Of a stretch of 64,000 bases of DNA, positions 17,465 to 28,828 are shown piece after piece. The DNA is from a virus (taxonomy: Duplodnaviria > Caudoviricetes), in the IMG/VR virus record IMGVR_UViG_3300044556_000086, positions 29,434 through 93,433 of that record; one strand, 5' to 3'. Positions within the stretch are counted from its first letter, which is position 1, and every line of letters starts with the position of its first letter. The translations under genes were made by a program, and so were the position numbers. The notes below the pieces were generated by a model that was given only the letters and a program-made list of their open reading frames with translations, did no database searches and was not told the DNA's origin.

Positions 17465-17818
17465 ATGAAGGATAAACCTTACAAAATAAAAAGTTACTAT
17501 ACCTTAGATGAAACTTCTGGACCTGGGGCTGTGTCTAGGTATAAAAATTACAAGAGGTATACAGATACAAACGGAGATACTTATGTAGAATCTCCTGAAC
17601 GGATAGAAATACAGGAATCTACTGCTGATACGTTCTATTCCGTAGAAAAGCAGAATGAGAATAGACTAGACCTTATTTCAAATCAATTTTATGGTACTCC
17701 TTTGTTATGGTGGGCCATTGCCTCCATGAATCATATCAATAACCCGTTAGATGTAAAAGCAGGTATAATCCTAAGGATACCTGCTTTAGCTTCTATTTAC
17801 GATAGTGGGGTGATTTGA
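17465..17818 (+). CDS. LysM-like baseplate wedge protein (gp53/gpX-like)
   Basis: RLDLIS..FYG.P.LWWAIA..N.I.NP...G..LRIP. Confidence 0.85.
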   Translation: MKDKPYKIKSYYTLDETSGPGAVSRYKNYKRYTDTNGDTYVESPERIEIQESTADTFYSVEKQNENRLDLISNQFYGTPLLWWAIASMNHINNPLDVKAGIILRIPALASIYDSGVI

Positions 17819-20800
17819 TGGGGTTTTTAGAGTGGTTAAAATCTGATACAGATGATAATGCTTCCATACTATTAGACCCGATGGGTACAGGTGTCGGACA
17901 GGGAACGAAGAATCCTATGGATAATAGTAAGGATGACTCAGATTCAAAGAAGGATGAAAACTCTGGAAAATCTGACAAAAAAGATACAAGGGCTGAAGAT
18001 GCTAAGATAGAGAAGCAGGTACAGTCTGTCAATGAGAAGATGATGAAGAACCAGCCATTGACTCCGTATGTGACAATATCTATTATGGGAAAGTCCATTA
18101 CTAGTTATACAGATAAAACATCTGATTGTTTGGTAGGTATCAGTGTCACTAAGATGGGGAGTCAGAAGAAGGGTTTTGCTTCTTCTAAAGTTCAGATACA
18201 GTTGTATGATGATAAGGCTCTTGAAATAGAAGAAATAGTAAGTAATGCTTTAGCCAAGAATACGAAGCCTAGTAAGTCTACGAATAATAAAAAGAACAAC
18301 GATAAGTCAGACTCTTCAGATTCTAAGAAAGATGATAGTAAGAAAGATAGTAAGGATAAAAAGAATAAATCAGATGCTTCTAACTTTACATTACAATATG
18401 GTTGGATGGCCAGAGGTGGGGGTGTACTAGCTGAAACTCCTTTAATGAGGGGTAATATTACAAATTACACAATTTCTTTTGCTGGTTCCTCTATAGAGTT
18501 AAATGTAGAAGGGACTATATCCGGTTTGTATCAGGCTTCTAAAGTAAAGACAGAAGAATATAAGGCTGATGTATATGGTGGTAAGCCTTCTGTTATTGTT
18601 CAAAAGATAGCAACTGACGAGGGGTGGCAGGTAGGTGGTATCACTGAAACAGCTCCGATGATAGGGGAAGACGGGAAGCCAAGGTCTTTTGTACGGAAGA
18701 ACCAGTCTGCTACTCAGTTTATAATGAAGGAACTATCTGAAAAAGCCACTTCTACTTCTGGGGTAGTGGGGTATACGTTCTATTTCGATACTGGGGGTAA
18801 AATGTGGTTTGTTCCGGATACGGATTCTAATGAAGCCCAGGTAGTAGACAGTAGGGGGAATAACTATGGGTCTATACTGTATGGTACTCCTATAATAGGG
18901 GGAGCTGGTTCCGCTGATTGGACGAGGTCTGATGGGAGTACGTATAGTACAGGAACTTCTGAGGGTATATCTTATCCTGAATATAGGGCTTCTGCTTCTT
19001 CTACAATAAAGGCTGGGGGTTCTAATTCCTATAAAGCTGAAACGACTTCTACCTCTACAACGTCTGGTACAGGTGATTTGTATATTATTGGTGGTATTCA
19101 TATCCATAAGATAGATGATGCTGTACAACAGAATAGTCATGTAAAGATGTACTATAATGATGTTGCTGATGTAAGCTATATTCAGAGTGTAATAGACTCT
19201 TTACCTAAAGATATGTCTTCTGGAAGTCGAATCTGTATACTACCAGACTATGCTCCGGGTGGAATAGAAGGATATACTACAGCTATAAAATCATGGTTAC
19301 GGGAAATACCCTCTAATTGTTATATGGTGTTTATTACATACCCTCCCATATACGATTCTAAGAATACAGACAGCACTATTTCATCTGATTTAATTTCTAA
19401 GTATAATGATGCTATAGTGGGTGAACTTCCTGATTCTGTAGAGGTAGTAGACATATTTAAACAGTTAAAAGACAGAATAACCTCTTATACGACAGATGGA
19501 ACAGGTAGGTATTATACTACGCAGGTATATCAGGATTTTTATAATATGATAATTTCTTCTACGTATGTATCTTATGCTGGGTCTGGTCATTCTCAGCATA
19601 AGTCTGCAAAGAAGGATTATTCTGGGGTAGAAGACCTTTTAAAGCTGGGTGTATCTATGAGTTCCTTGAATGGGACAGTATACCAAAGTATCATTAATGA
19701 TGTACTGGATGATACGATAGGGAGTTCTTCAAACTCTACAGGTAAGACTCGAAAATTGATAACAGATGTATTGACCACTGTACTAACTACTTCTAAGTCT
19801 ACAGGAACTCCCGCCAGCACTACTACCATTCAGGATTTATTAAATATGAGGGGTATTATACTTCATGATACTATGAATGATTCGATAGTCCGGAGGATAC
19901 AGTCTTTAAGTACAGATGCTACAGTACTTAATATGGTTCCGAATAGTTCAATTAAGTCTTTATTAGGGACTTCTAATTTACTGGGAACTAGTGTATCTGA
20001 CTATATCAAGAATAATTCTATATTGAACTATGAACAGAAGGATTCTAGTACAGCTACAGAAGGTTCTGATGATAAAAATGCTTCTGTAGCAGAAGACCCG
20101 ATGGGTATCGGTATGGGTACAGACTCCGGTTCAAAGTCTGGTAGTAGTTCTGACAGTAAATCAGATAATGGTTCTGGTACAGATGGAAAGGATAAGACGC
20201 CTGCTAAGAATGAACATTCTGTTATAGGGTATTACGAATACTATACAGGTAGACCTGATGGAGTAGTCATAAGTTTTTCACCTGAGTTTAAAGGGAACGC
20301 TATAGCAGGTAGTAAGAAAGCTGGGAAGAATTTATCCGTAGATGCTGTTCGGAATGAAATGTTAAAATGTACCGTAGGTGGGAAAGGTGCTTCTGAATCC
20401 GATACGGGGGATGACGGTTCAGAATATCTGGTCATGGGTATGAGTTCTTCTACCTATTCTGATTTGGAGAAGGCTTCTGTAAGTCTATGGAATAGGTACC
20501 ATTCTAGTGCTGTAAAGGCTTCTCTTGAAGTACTAGGGAATCCGTTTTTGGAAGTAGGGAAGTGTATCAAGCTGGCAGTATTCACAAAGTATGGATTCAT
20601 GCATCACACCTCTGGGGAATACTTAATAAAATCCATAGAAGATAGTATTGCAGGTGGTTCTTATACTTCTAGCTTGCAGTTGATTAAGAATGAAAAGAAT
20701 GCTTCTAAAGGTAAAAAGGGAGAAGGTGCTTCTAGAACACCTGGTTCTGTTAGTGTACCTGACGGGACATACTGGCAGCCTCAGACTTCTGGAATCAACT

Positions 20801-21204
20801 TTGATGATGCAAAGCCTTGGATGGTAGATATAGCTAATTATCTAGGGGAGTGGTTCTTTAGTCAGACAGGTCATAAGTTAGTTATAAACTCTGTAACTAC
20901 GGGCAGTCATAGTGGTGGTCAATATTCTCATGCTAATGGTTACAAGTTGGATTGTAGTGACTGGGGTGGTACAGAAGACCCGCTATCTGGTGGTAAATTG
21001 GTTACAGATGATAGTGGTGGAGTAGATGAATCTTTTCAATCTTCTTTCATAGAATATGGTCGTGAAGCTGGTCTTGGTATGAACATTGAAGGTAGTGATG
21101 ACTCTAACTATCATATTGATGTACAGTCCATGGGTTATGAATGGTCTACAGGAGAAGATCATGGTGGCTGGCCGGATGCTAAGAGTCAGGAAGGGGACAG
21201 TTAA
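17815..21204 (+). CDS. baseplate hub protein with inserted SGNH-like domain and C-terminal M15-like peptidase
   Basis: Hub C-terminal GNPFL.VG...SGEYLI...DSI..G.Y; SH.NG...D and H.D Zn-peptidase motifs. Confidence 0.7.
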   Translation: MMGFLEWLKSDTDDNASILLDPMGTGVGQGTKNPMDNSKDDSDSKKDENSGKSDKKDTRAEDAKIEKQVQSVNEKMMKNQPLTPYVTISIMGKSITSYTDKTSDCLVGISVTKMGSQKKGFASSKVQIQLYDDKALEIEEIVSNALAKNTKPSKSTNNKKNNDKSDSSDSKKDDSKKDSKDKKNKSDASNFTLQYGWMARGGGVLAETPLMRGNITNYTISFAGSSIELNVEGTISGLYQASKVKTEEYKADVYGGKPSVIVQKIATDEGWQVGGITETAPMIGEDGKPRSFVRKNQSATQFIMKELSEKATSTSGVVGYTFYFDTGGKMWFVPDTDSNEAQVVDSRGNNYGSILYGTPIIGGAGSADWTRSDGSTYSTGTSEGISYPEYRASASSTIKAGGSNSYKAETTSTSTTSGTGDLYIIGGIHIHKIDDAVQQNSHVKMYYNDVADVSYIQSVIDSLPKDMSSGSRICILPDYAPGGIEGYTTAIKSWLREIPSNCYMVFITYPPIYDSKNTDSTISSDLISKYNDAIVGELPDSVEVVDIFKQLKDRITSYTTDGTGRYYTTQVYQDFYNMIISSTYVSYAGSGHSQHKSAKKDYSGVEDLLKLGVSMSSLNGTVYQSIINDVLDDTIGSSSNSTGKTRKLITDVLTTVLTTSKSTGTPASTTTIQDLLNMRGIILHDTMNDSIVRRIQSLSTDATVLNMVPNSSIKSLLGTSNLLGTSVSDYIKNNSILNYEQKDSSTATEGSDDKNASVAEDPMGIGMGTDSGSKSGSSSDSKSDNGSGTDGKDKTPAKNEHSVIGYYEYYTGRPDGVVISFSPEFKGNAIAGSKKAGKNLSVDAVRNEMLKCTVGGKGASESDTGDDGSEYLVMGMSSSTYSDLEKASVSLWNRYHSSAVKASLEVLGNPFLEVGKCIKLAVFTKYGFMHHTSGEYLIKSIEDSIAGGSYTSSLQLIKNEKNASKGKKGEGASRTPGSVSVPDGTYWQPQTSGINFDDAKPWMVDIANYLGEWFFSQTGHKLVINSVTTGSHSGGQYSHANGYKLDCSDWGGTEDPLSGGKLVTDDSGGVDESFQSSFIEYGREAGLGMNIEGSDDSNYHIDVQSMGYEWSTGEDHGGWPDAKSQEGDS

Positions 21205-21206
21205 CT

Positions 21207-22544
21207 ATGTCCGTTGTTAGGGATTTAGATACTAGTTTATCGAAGCATGAAAACATGATAGGTGTCTATAGAGCTAGGGTAGAGAATAATAAAGACCCTT
21301 TAGGGATAGGCAGGGTGCAGGTACGGGTACCCATGTTGCATGGACTGGAAGGAGAAGGGGTTTCTTCTGATAGTTTACCTTGGGCTAGTATGTGTAGTAA
21401 TAATGGAGCCGGGTATAACTTCGGTTCCTTTATTGTACCCGAGATAGGGGAGTACGTATTTGTAGTCTTTGAAGATGGGGATACCAATAAACCTGTATAT
21501 CTTGGGTCTATCTTTGGTACAGGTTCTTTGACACAGAAGAAATACGGTTCTGGTGATACGTCTTGGTCAGGGGTAGCTGGGGTATGTGAAGTACCTAATG
21601 AAGCCCAGAGGGAAGACCCTACGAATAAAGTACTGTATAAGTCTAGATTAGGTTCTAAGATTTGTATGGATACGTCTATATCCACGGAAGGCACTAGTAT
21701 AGAGGATGAGTACGGTCAAAGATTCAAAATAAATTCCGCTGAATCTGGCAGAAGTATTTGTATGACTGGTACAGGTGGAGTATCTGTAGTTATACGTGAC
21801 AGTCATGTGTATATTGGTTCTGGGGCTACCATGATAACCGTAGACCCGAATGATAAAAATGTCATAGTAGCTAGTGGTAAAGGTAAGATTACCATGGATA
21901 GTTCAGGGAATGTAAAGATAGATTCCGCTAAGACGCAGATACTCTCTCCGAATGTAAAGGTATCTGCTAAGAACTTAAAGATGAGGGGTGCTGATGTACA
22001 TATTGTAGAATCAGCTAATTCTATAGCTAACCTGGTTTCTGCTGTAGGGGATATCATGAAAAATGGGATTACTCCAGAAGGGGCTTTAGAGTACTTAAAG
22101 ACTACTCCGTTTGGTCAGGATGTCATGGCAGACTTACAATACTATCAGGATATACTAGGACAGTCTAAAAATTCAGCTATATTGAACGTATTGAATAACT
22201 CTGAATATTCCTATTTAATTTCTACAGCTTCCGATAAAGCACAGGAATACAGTAAAGCTTTAAAGCAGGCTGCTATTACAGCTAGTTTTGAAGTTTTATC
22301 TAAAGTATTTAAGGGAAGTGAAATCACTTCTTTATTAAATGAAGGATTGTCTTTATATCAAGCTTATCAACAGTTGTCTGAAAAAGCAAAGAATGATGCT
22401 TCTATATGGATTAATTATGGTATAAGTTCCATGAGTGGATTACCTTATGATTCTACGGATATAGGATATTTACTAAGTCAGGGGTATTCCGTAGAAGATG
22501 CTAAGGGTATACTAGATAGAGCCGAAGTGAAAACAGCTCCATAA
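21207..22544 (+). CDS. baseplate spike gp5/VgrG-like (OB fold)
   Basis: RARVENNKDP..GRVQVRVP...LPWA...PEIGEYVFVVFEDGD..KPVYLG. Confidence 0.9.
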   Translation: MSVVRDLDTSLSKHENMIGVYRARVENNKDPLGIGRVQVRVPMLHGLEGEGVSSDSLPWASMCSNNGAGYNFGSFIVPEIGEYVFVVFEDGDTNKPVYLGSIFGTGSLTQKKYGSGDTSWSGVAGVCEVPNEAQREDPTNKVLYKSRLGSKICMDTSISTEGTSIEDEYGQRFKINSAESGRSICMTGTGGVSVVIRDSHVYIGSGATMITVDPNDKNVIVASGKGKITMDSSGNVKIDSAKTQILSPNVKVSAKNLKMRGADVHIVESANSIANLVSAVGDIMKNGITPEGALEYLKTTPFGQDVMADLQYYQDILGQSKNSAILNVLNNSEYSYLISTASDKAQEYSKALKQAAITASFEVLSKVFKGSEITSLLNEGLSLYQAYQQLSEKAKNDASIWINYGISSMSGLPYDSTDIGYLLSQGYSVEDAKGILDRAEVKTAP

Positions 22545-22594
22545 ATTTAGGGTTCTGAATTCTGTATAAATAATAGGTAGGGAGGCTGGGAACA

Positions 22595-23062
22595 GTGGCA
22601 TATTATTATAATACAGATTTTAAACAAACAGTTGCCGGTAGTGGGGCTTCTTTATACAATATGTTTCAGACAGATGTAAGAGATGGTAAGGGTAAAATGG
22701 TATCTATGTCTGGGGAAGATAAGATACATGAAAGTATACGGATGATACTCTCTACTAGAGTAGGGGAAAGGGCTTTCATACCCGAGTTTGGTTCTAGGTT
22801 ACATTTAGTGGTATTTGAGCCGAATAGTCTGATTGCTAGGGATTTGTTGAAGATGTATGTAACGGAAGCCTTAGCTACCTGGGAAAAGAGAATAGATGTG
22901 GTGGATGTATCTGTAGGGGATATAGATGATTCTAATAGTATACCCATCACAATAAGTTATAAATTTAGAAACTCTAATATTTATGGTTCTTACGTGTACC
23001 CATTCAATATAAAGGATGGGAATATTGATGTGTACTCTTTGGATGATACAGTCACAGGTTAG
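22595..23062 (+). CDS. baseplate wedge gp25/GPW-like
   Basis: I.ESIRMILST..GER...PEFGSRL...FEP...WE.RI. Confidence 0.9.
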   Translation: MAYYYNTDFKQTVAGSGASLYNMFQTDVRDGKGKMVSMSGEDKIHESIRMILSTRVGERAFIPEFGSRLHLVVFEPNSLIARDLLKMYVTEALATWEKRIDVVDVSVGDIDDSNSIPITISYKFRNSNIYGSYVYPFNIKDGNIDVYSLDDTVTG

Positions 23063-23079
23063 TGAGGTGAGAAGAGAAA

Positions 23080-24519
23080 TTGGCTAATAATTTATCTTAT
23101 ACTGGGAAAGATATAGCAGATATACGTAGGGAACTCATTAACCTAATTCCGCAGTTGACTACGAAATGGACAGATTTTAGTGAGTCTGACCTTGGGATGG
23201 TGTGGTTGGAATTACTAGCTAGTGTGTCCGATATGCAGAATTTCTATATGGATACACAGGCTTTGGAAACGTTCTTAGATACCGCCGTACAGAGTAAGAA
23301 TATAAGGTCTTTGTTAAGGGTAATGAATTATCCAGTTCCGTTGGTACATGCTGCTTCTGGGTATTTGCAGATAGACTTTGAAAATAATTCTTATAAAGAA
23401 ATAACGATACCGAAATACACTCCGGTTACAAGCAGTAGTTATACAACCAAGGTAGACTATTGTGTAGTTGAAGATGTTTCCGTATCTGGTGAGATAAATA
23501 CTTTAAAAGTACCCATTATGGAAGGACAGCCTAAAGTATTGACAATGACTAGGAGTGATTTCTTAAATAATGTCAATACTTCTGGGAATACTTCTAGAAG
23601 GGTATATCTAGGGTATACTTCCGTAGCTAGTCGTGGTATTCAAATCATACAGGATGGGTCATATTTATGGAAACAGGTAGAAGATGCCTTACTTGAGTAT
23701 CGAGGGGGCAGGCTATACTCTGTTCATAAAGATTCTGACGGTCAGGTATATGTACTCATGTCTGTAAATTTCTTAGATTATTTAACGGATGATAGTACCC
23801 TGGTATTTTCTTTTGTCATAAGCTTAGGGTCAGACGGAAATGTTCCAGCCAATACATTAGACACTATAGGGGTTCCTTTGTCTGGGGTTACCAGAATAAC
23901 GAACCCATTGAAGATGTCTGGGGGTGCCGATGAACCTAATCTACAAGACTTGAAGATTCTAGCAAGGAAAAATGCTGTCACTATGGGCCGGTATATCACG
24001 GTAGAGGATTATGAAACAGGAGTACGGAAAAATCCTGCTGTATCTGATTGTTATGTAGTAGATTGGAAAACTCCGAAGTATGTTTTATCTCCCTATTTGA
24101 TAAAAGTATGGGCTGTAGGGTATGATGGTCAGGAGTTACCTAGTACCGTAGAAAATGAAATACGGGCAGACTTAGAAGAAAACGGTATTGTAGGGAATAC
24201 TATAGAATTTATGCCAGTAGAAACCACGGATTTTGAAATTTCTTGTACGGTATATACTAACTCAAGAAATGAGCAGGAAAAAGCCTTGATAAAGTCTAAT
24301 ATACGGGCATACTTAGACCAGAAGTTTAAACCAGAAGCTGTTTCTTTTGGACAAGGTGTTTCTTTAGCTATGTTGTCTTCTGTATTTAGGGCTGTATCTA
24401 CTACTATAACAGACATAGTATTTACTTCTCCTACAAAAGATATTACAGTAGAGGACACTGGTTTCATACGTCTGGTAAAGTCTGATATACAGGTAGTATC
24501 TAATAGGGTGTCGAAGTAG
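23080..24519 (+). CDS. baseplate wedge gp6 / Baseplate J-like
   Basis: WTDFSESD.G...LEL; SGGADE; R.IT.EDYE. Confidence 0.9.
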   Translation: MANNLSYTGKDIADIRRELINLIPQLTTKWTDFSESDLGMVWLELLASVSDMQNFYMDTQALETFLDTAVQSKNIRSLLRVMNYPVPLVHAASGYLQIDFENNSYKEITIPKYTPVTSSSYTTKVDYCVVEDVSVSGEINTLKVPIMEGQPKVLTMTRSDFLNNVNTSGNTSRRVYLGYTSVASRGIQIIQDGSYLWKQVEDALLEYRGGRLYSVHKDSDGQVYVLMSVNFLDYLTDDSTLVFSFVISLGSDGNVPANTLDTIGVPLSGVTRITNPLKMSGGADEPNLQDLKILARKNAVTMGRYITVEDYETGVRKNPAVSDCYVVDWKTPKYVLSPYLIKVWAVGYDGQELPSTVENEIRADLEENGIVGNTIEFMPVETTDFEISCTVYTNSRNEQEKALIKSNIRAYLDQKFKPEAVSFGQGVSLAMLSSVFRAVSTTITDIVFTSPTKDITVEDTGFIRLVKSDIQVVSNRVSK

Positions 24520-24530
24520 AGGTGTGGTAA

Positions 24531-27500
24531 ATGAACTGGAAAGATGAATTAGCAAAAAGCAGATACCGAAACTTCGTACCTGAATACTTATGGAATAATG
24601 ATAACTTCAAGATATGGTTAAAACTCATGGATAGTGAGTTTTCTAGTATCTTTGAAAATATCCGAACTTACCCTGATATAGTAAACCCGGATAAGACTCC
24701 AAAAGAGTTCTTAGAGTCTCTTGGTTCTTATTCTAATTATACGTATAATACCTTAGGTTCTGTTGAGTTTAATAGGGAATTACTTACTAGAATGTTCTCT
24801 GTATGGAAACAAAGGGGTACAGAACATTCTATTATTATGGCTGCTACTCACGGGAATAATAAAGCTTACGTGGGTGGTGACCTTTTTGTACCTGGGTATC
24901 CAATATCTAATGACGAAGCTTCTATAAGTATTCCATTCCGTAATATTTTCATACATAATCAGTCTAGTTTTTCTGGGGAAGACGTATTTGCTGATGGTGA
25001 CCAGCATATGCCGGGGGTTATTGTATTGACAGTACCTGACTTATCTGAAGCTATTCGTGATAGGGTACTTTCTGTCATGCCTGCTGGGGTAAAGGTGTAT
25101 TATGAAGTATCTAGTAACTTTCCACCGAACACGGATTTACCTGACATAGACCTGGGGGACTTCAATATACTATCTTTCTATAAGTGGTTAAGGGTATGGC
25201 CGAAGACAGATATAGAAAAGCAGGGGTATAATCATAATGCTGATATAGATGTTACGTACACTATAGAATCGGAAGTACTACCTTATTACTTAATAGATAC
25301 CTTAATTCATAGTCGGAATGATACAGGACGGATGCATAGTGGTTTTTATGAAACCATGTTGCAGACAGATATGTCTTTATTCACTAGTGTATCTATGTTA
25401 TCCGTGTCTGGGTTGAAATCACCGTTTAAGGTTAATGGGAAAATTTTAAGTGATGATAAGTACCTTAAATCTAAGACCGGGGAATACCTGGATACCATAG
25501 AAAAAGACGGGGTATCTCAATTATACCATGATTTAGATACAGTTCTGAATGATGATGTAGAAGTAGAAAAGTATTATAATATCACATTTACTCCTAGCAC
25601 AAATACAGAAATTAATTCATCAAATTCCGGTACTCCGGAATTGAAGAAGTCTGGAGTACATAGTAGTTTAGCTAATCGAAGTGGGATGATAACAGGTGAT
25701 ATTACAGTTTATGCTCCTGAATCTCCTATATTTCCAGATGATGCGTTGTATAGTGTGGATACGATACAGGATAAAACACCTGAAGATTTAAGGGATGTTT
25801 TTTATGCTGATAGTCCAGATGTAACACAAGAAGTATCTTATAATGGGTTATCTGTAGTATCTAATGGGAAATCATTGTATAATAAGGAACTGGAAGGAGT
25901 TACTATCTATGGTAGGAGTTGGCAGAATGAAACTCCTTCATCCACTCACGAAGTTCCTATTAATTATATGGAAGGTACTCTAAGTGCTGGTAGTAGAAAC
26001 CTTTGTAATAATTATAATCTACTAGACAATACAGATGGGTGGACTTTACAAGGTATTACAAGTCACTCAGTAGTAACGGAATCAGATGGGTCTAAGTGTT
26101 TCCAGTGTATAGGAACAGGAAGAATGTATTATATGTTACCCTTATATAAAGGACAATCTATAGTTATGTCTGCTTATATAAAGGGTAAAGGTAACCTCCA
26201 TATAGAATTAAACGGGTATTCTTATAGTTGGGAATCAGGGGTAGATTCAGAAGTGGTATCTGATTCTACTTCTTATCATAGGGTGTATGCTACAGCTGGC
26301 CCTGTAAAGAATGATTGTAATGCTTTTTGTTTTGTATATGCAAATGATTCAAACCCGTTAAGTGTGAAAGATATTCAGATAGAGTATGGAACCTCTATGA
26401 CTGACTTTGAACCATATTACAATGTTTCTGGTTCAGTATCTGGTATTTCTAATGGTCTGTTAGGTGTCATGGTTCAAAGTGGTGGCAACTACACGGATAG
26501 TACAGGTCAGCAGTGGTTATCTGATACACTTACAGTCCATAAAGATGGTACGGGTGAACTCGTTAAGAGGGTTTGGAAGGATACGTTTACGGGTTTGACT
26601 TATACGAAAACTCATGATGCTTCTACAGGGTATGCTTTATATGGATCATCTTATATACCTAGTTTAGCTTATTCTAGTGTATATGTTCCAATGTCTTATA
26701 ATGATGTACTATCTAACTATGGTTCAACTACTTCTTATTCTTCTAAAATTAAAGGAACTCATGATGTATGGTCTTCTATTTCTTCTGGGTATGGTATTTA
26801 TGCAGAAGATAATCATATACAGATACTAGTTCCTACTACGGAAGACTTGACTAAGTATTCTTCATTAACTTATCAGTATATACTATGGACTCCTATTGTT
26901 ACACATTTAACTTCTGAACAGGTAAAGTCTTTCTTGTCTGTATTCTGTTTAGATAATAGTTCCTATAGTGTGTATAATAGTAGAGGTGCTGGTCTGGATG
27001 TAATCCTTTCAGGATACTCTGGGTTAAAGGATACTATCAGTACTTCTAAGGTTTCTGGGACATTAGTTTCCTTAGATAAAAAGAAGTATGGTGATTTAAG
27101 TAAAATCGTAATATATGGTAAAAGTTGGCAGAGTGGTATTCCTACGCAGTCTGTACCTGTACCTATTCAGTCTTTTAGTAGTGCAAATAAGATATACGCT
27201 GGGTCTTTAAATATTCTGGATAATTCCTCATTTGATTCTTCAGATGTATCGAAGTGGGTAGATGTTACAGGGGGAACCATGGAGTACAAAAATGAACTAG
27301 CTTATGGTATGCCTTCTTGTTTATATTTTACTCATTCTGGTAGTAATTACGTATATACGGAGGTATCTGTTAAGAAGGGTCAGCCTGTAACTTTTTCTGC
27401 TTATGTAGCCGGTAGTTCAAAGGTACATTTAGCTATCAAGTCTGCTAGTGGGAAGGATTTAAAAACAACAGATTCTATATCTTCATCTTCTGGGTATACT

Positions 27501-28253
27501 CGGTTATCTGTAAGTATGAGTAAAGCTGGTACAGATACTACCTACCTTTTAGCCGTATGCAGTGACTCTACAGGGGACGTATATATAGACAATGTACAGG
27601 TTGAAATCCGTGATACAGTTACTGAATACTTCAGAAAAAACCAGAAGAGTTTTTCATTACCTGTAGATTATTTACGGAGTGTTCCAACTTATGAGGAGAA
27701 TGCTTCGTATGATACTTACTCTTATTCAGATGGTGATACAAGATATGTAAGTGATGAGCTAGTACTAGATGTAGTTCATAGTGAGTATTATGTCTTAAAG
27801 AGAGTAGGTTCTGTACGTCTTACTGGGCATGAGAACTGGATGAGGAATTTTACTTCTGAAGGTACTCGTGACTATACGTATGAAACGTATATACCCGGGG
27901 TATATTCAAGTGATTCTGAAGATTGGAATAGGGTATCCCCTATTTTATGTTCTCTAGGGGTGTCTAGAAAAGACTCTGATTTAGCTAAGTCTGAGATAGA
28001 TGAAGGGGTTTTAATTAGATGTGGTGAAAATCATAATCTAAGAGTTAAAACGAATAAATCTACAGTAGATGAGTTTAAGAATTATTTAAAGACGGTAAAT
28101 GCTGAGGTATTATATGTACTAGAAAAGCCTGTACGGACAGATTTAACAGATGAACAGGTGGAAAACCTGTTGAATTTCCTATATAGTGGGTGTCATAACT
28201 TATACACAGATATAGGAAATCATATATCGATTCTATTTGAAGAACATGTATAA
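24531..28253 (+). CDS. baseplate wedge gp7-like protein with carbohydrate-binding-like repeats
   Basis: P2 gpI-like N-terminus (NPDKTP.EFL..L...RGT; PAGV); two repeated IYG.SWQ..P + CBM-like modules. Confidence 0.7.
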   Translation: MNWKDELAKSRYRNFVPEYLWNNDNFKIWLKLMDSEFSSIFENIRTYPDIVNPDKTPKEFLESLGSYSNYTYNTLGSVEFNRELLTRMFSVWKQRGTEHSIIMAATHGNNKAYVGGDLFVPGYPISNDEASISIPFRNIFIHNQSSFSGEDVFADGDQHMPGVIVLTVPDLSEAIRDRVLSVMPAGVKVYYEVSSNFPPNTDLPDIDLGDFNILSFYKWLRVWPKTDIEKQGYNHNADIDVTYTIESEVLPYYLIDTLIHSRNDTGRMHSGFYETMLQTDMSLFTSVSMLSVSGLKSPFKVNGKILSDDKYLKSKTGEYLDTIEKDGVSQLYHDLDTVLNDDVEVEKYYNITFTPSTNTEINSSNSGTPELKKSGVHSSLANRSGMITGDITVYAPESPIFPDDALYSVDTIQDKTPEDLRDVFYADSPDVTQEVSYNGLSVVSNGKSLYNKELEGVTIYGRSWQNETPSSTHEVPINYMEGTLSAGSRNLCNNYNLLDNTDGWTLQGITSHSVVTESDGSKCFQCIGTGRMYYMLPLYKGQSIVMSAYIKGKGNLHIELNGYSYSWESGVDSEVVSDSTSYHRVYATAGPVKNDCNAFCFVYANDSNPLSVKDIQIEYGTSMTDFEPYYNVSGSVSGISNGLLGVMVQSGGNYTDSTGQQWLSDTLTVHKDGTGELVKRVWKDTFTGLTYTKTHDASTGYALYGSSYIPSLAYSSVYVPMSYNDVLSNYGSTTSYSSKIKGTHDVWSSISSGYGIYAEDNHIQILVPTTEDLTKYSSLTYQYILWTPIVTHLTSEQVKSFLSVFCLDNSSYSVYNSRGAGLDVILSGYSGLKDTISTSKVSGTLVSLDKKKYGDLSKIVIYGKSWQSGIPTQSVPVPIQSFSSANKIYAGSLNILDNSSFDSSDVSKWVDVTGGTMEYKNELAYGMPSCLYFTHSGSNYVYTEVSVKKGQPVTFSAYVAGSSKVHLAIKSASGKDLKTTDSISSSSGYTRLSVSMSKAGTDTTYLLAVCSDSTGDVYIDNVQVEIRDTVTEYFRKNQKSFSLPVDYLRSVPTYEENASYDTYSYSDGDTRYVSDELVLDVVHSEYYVLKRVGSVRLTGHENWMRNFTSEGTRDYTYETYIPGVYSSDSEDWNRVSPILCSLGVSRKDSDLAKSEIDEGVLIRCGENHNLRVKTNKSTVDEFKNYLKTVNAEVLYVLEKPVRTDLTDEQVENLLNFLYSGCHNLYTDIGNHISILFEEHV

Positions 28254-28267
28254 GGAGACAGGGAGTA

Positions 28268-28813
28268 ATGGCAATTTGTACATTAAAAGCACATGTAGCT
28301 AGGGCCATGGATTTCTATAATCATGATGACATTTATTTTGCTATAGGGAAGTCTTCTGCTTGGTCTAGTTCAGACCTTACAGATTTCGATAGTTCTAGGA
28401 ACTACGATGTAAATCCTCCCGAACCAAAGAATACAGATGATATGAAAGAAGTTATAGGGTATAAGAAGGCTGAATATAAGTCTTTTGTTGTACAGGATGA
28501 TACAAATGGTACTCTTGACTATAGAAATACAAAATGGAGAGTAGTCAATAAAGAAGATGCTGCTACAGCTGGTGCTAGGTGGGTATACGTATCAACCGAA
28601 CTTTTATATGAAGAACTTCCTACAGAACTACCTTACAGGTGTATAGGGGTATATACAGGTCTTATTCTGGCTGACGGGGTTAGTTCTTCGAAGTTTAATT
28701 TACTTCCGAGTGAAGTAAAGGATGCCGGGTTGTTACAGGTCATTGACTACAGGAAGCCTATTTATAGGAATACGGATGTAAAAGAAAAGATAAAGTTAAT
28801 TCTAGAGTTTTAA
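28268..28813 (+). CDS. baseplate gp8-like structural protein
   Basis: YFAIGK.S.W...PP.P; EKIKLILEF C-terminus; precedes DUF4815. Confidence 0.7.
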   Translation: MAICTLKAHVARAMDFYNHDDIYFAIGKSSAWSSSDLTDFDSSRNYDVNPPEPKNTDDMKEVIGYKKAEYKSFVVQDDTNGTLDYRNTKWRVVNKEDAATAGARWVYVSTELLYEELPTELPYRCIGVYTGLILADGVSSSKFNLLPSEVKDAGLLQVIDYRKPIYRNTDVKEKIKLILEF

Positions 28814-28828
28814 GGGGGAACCGGTAAC

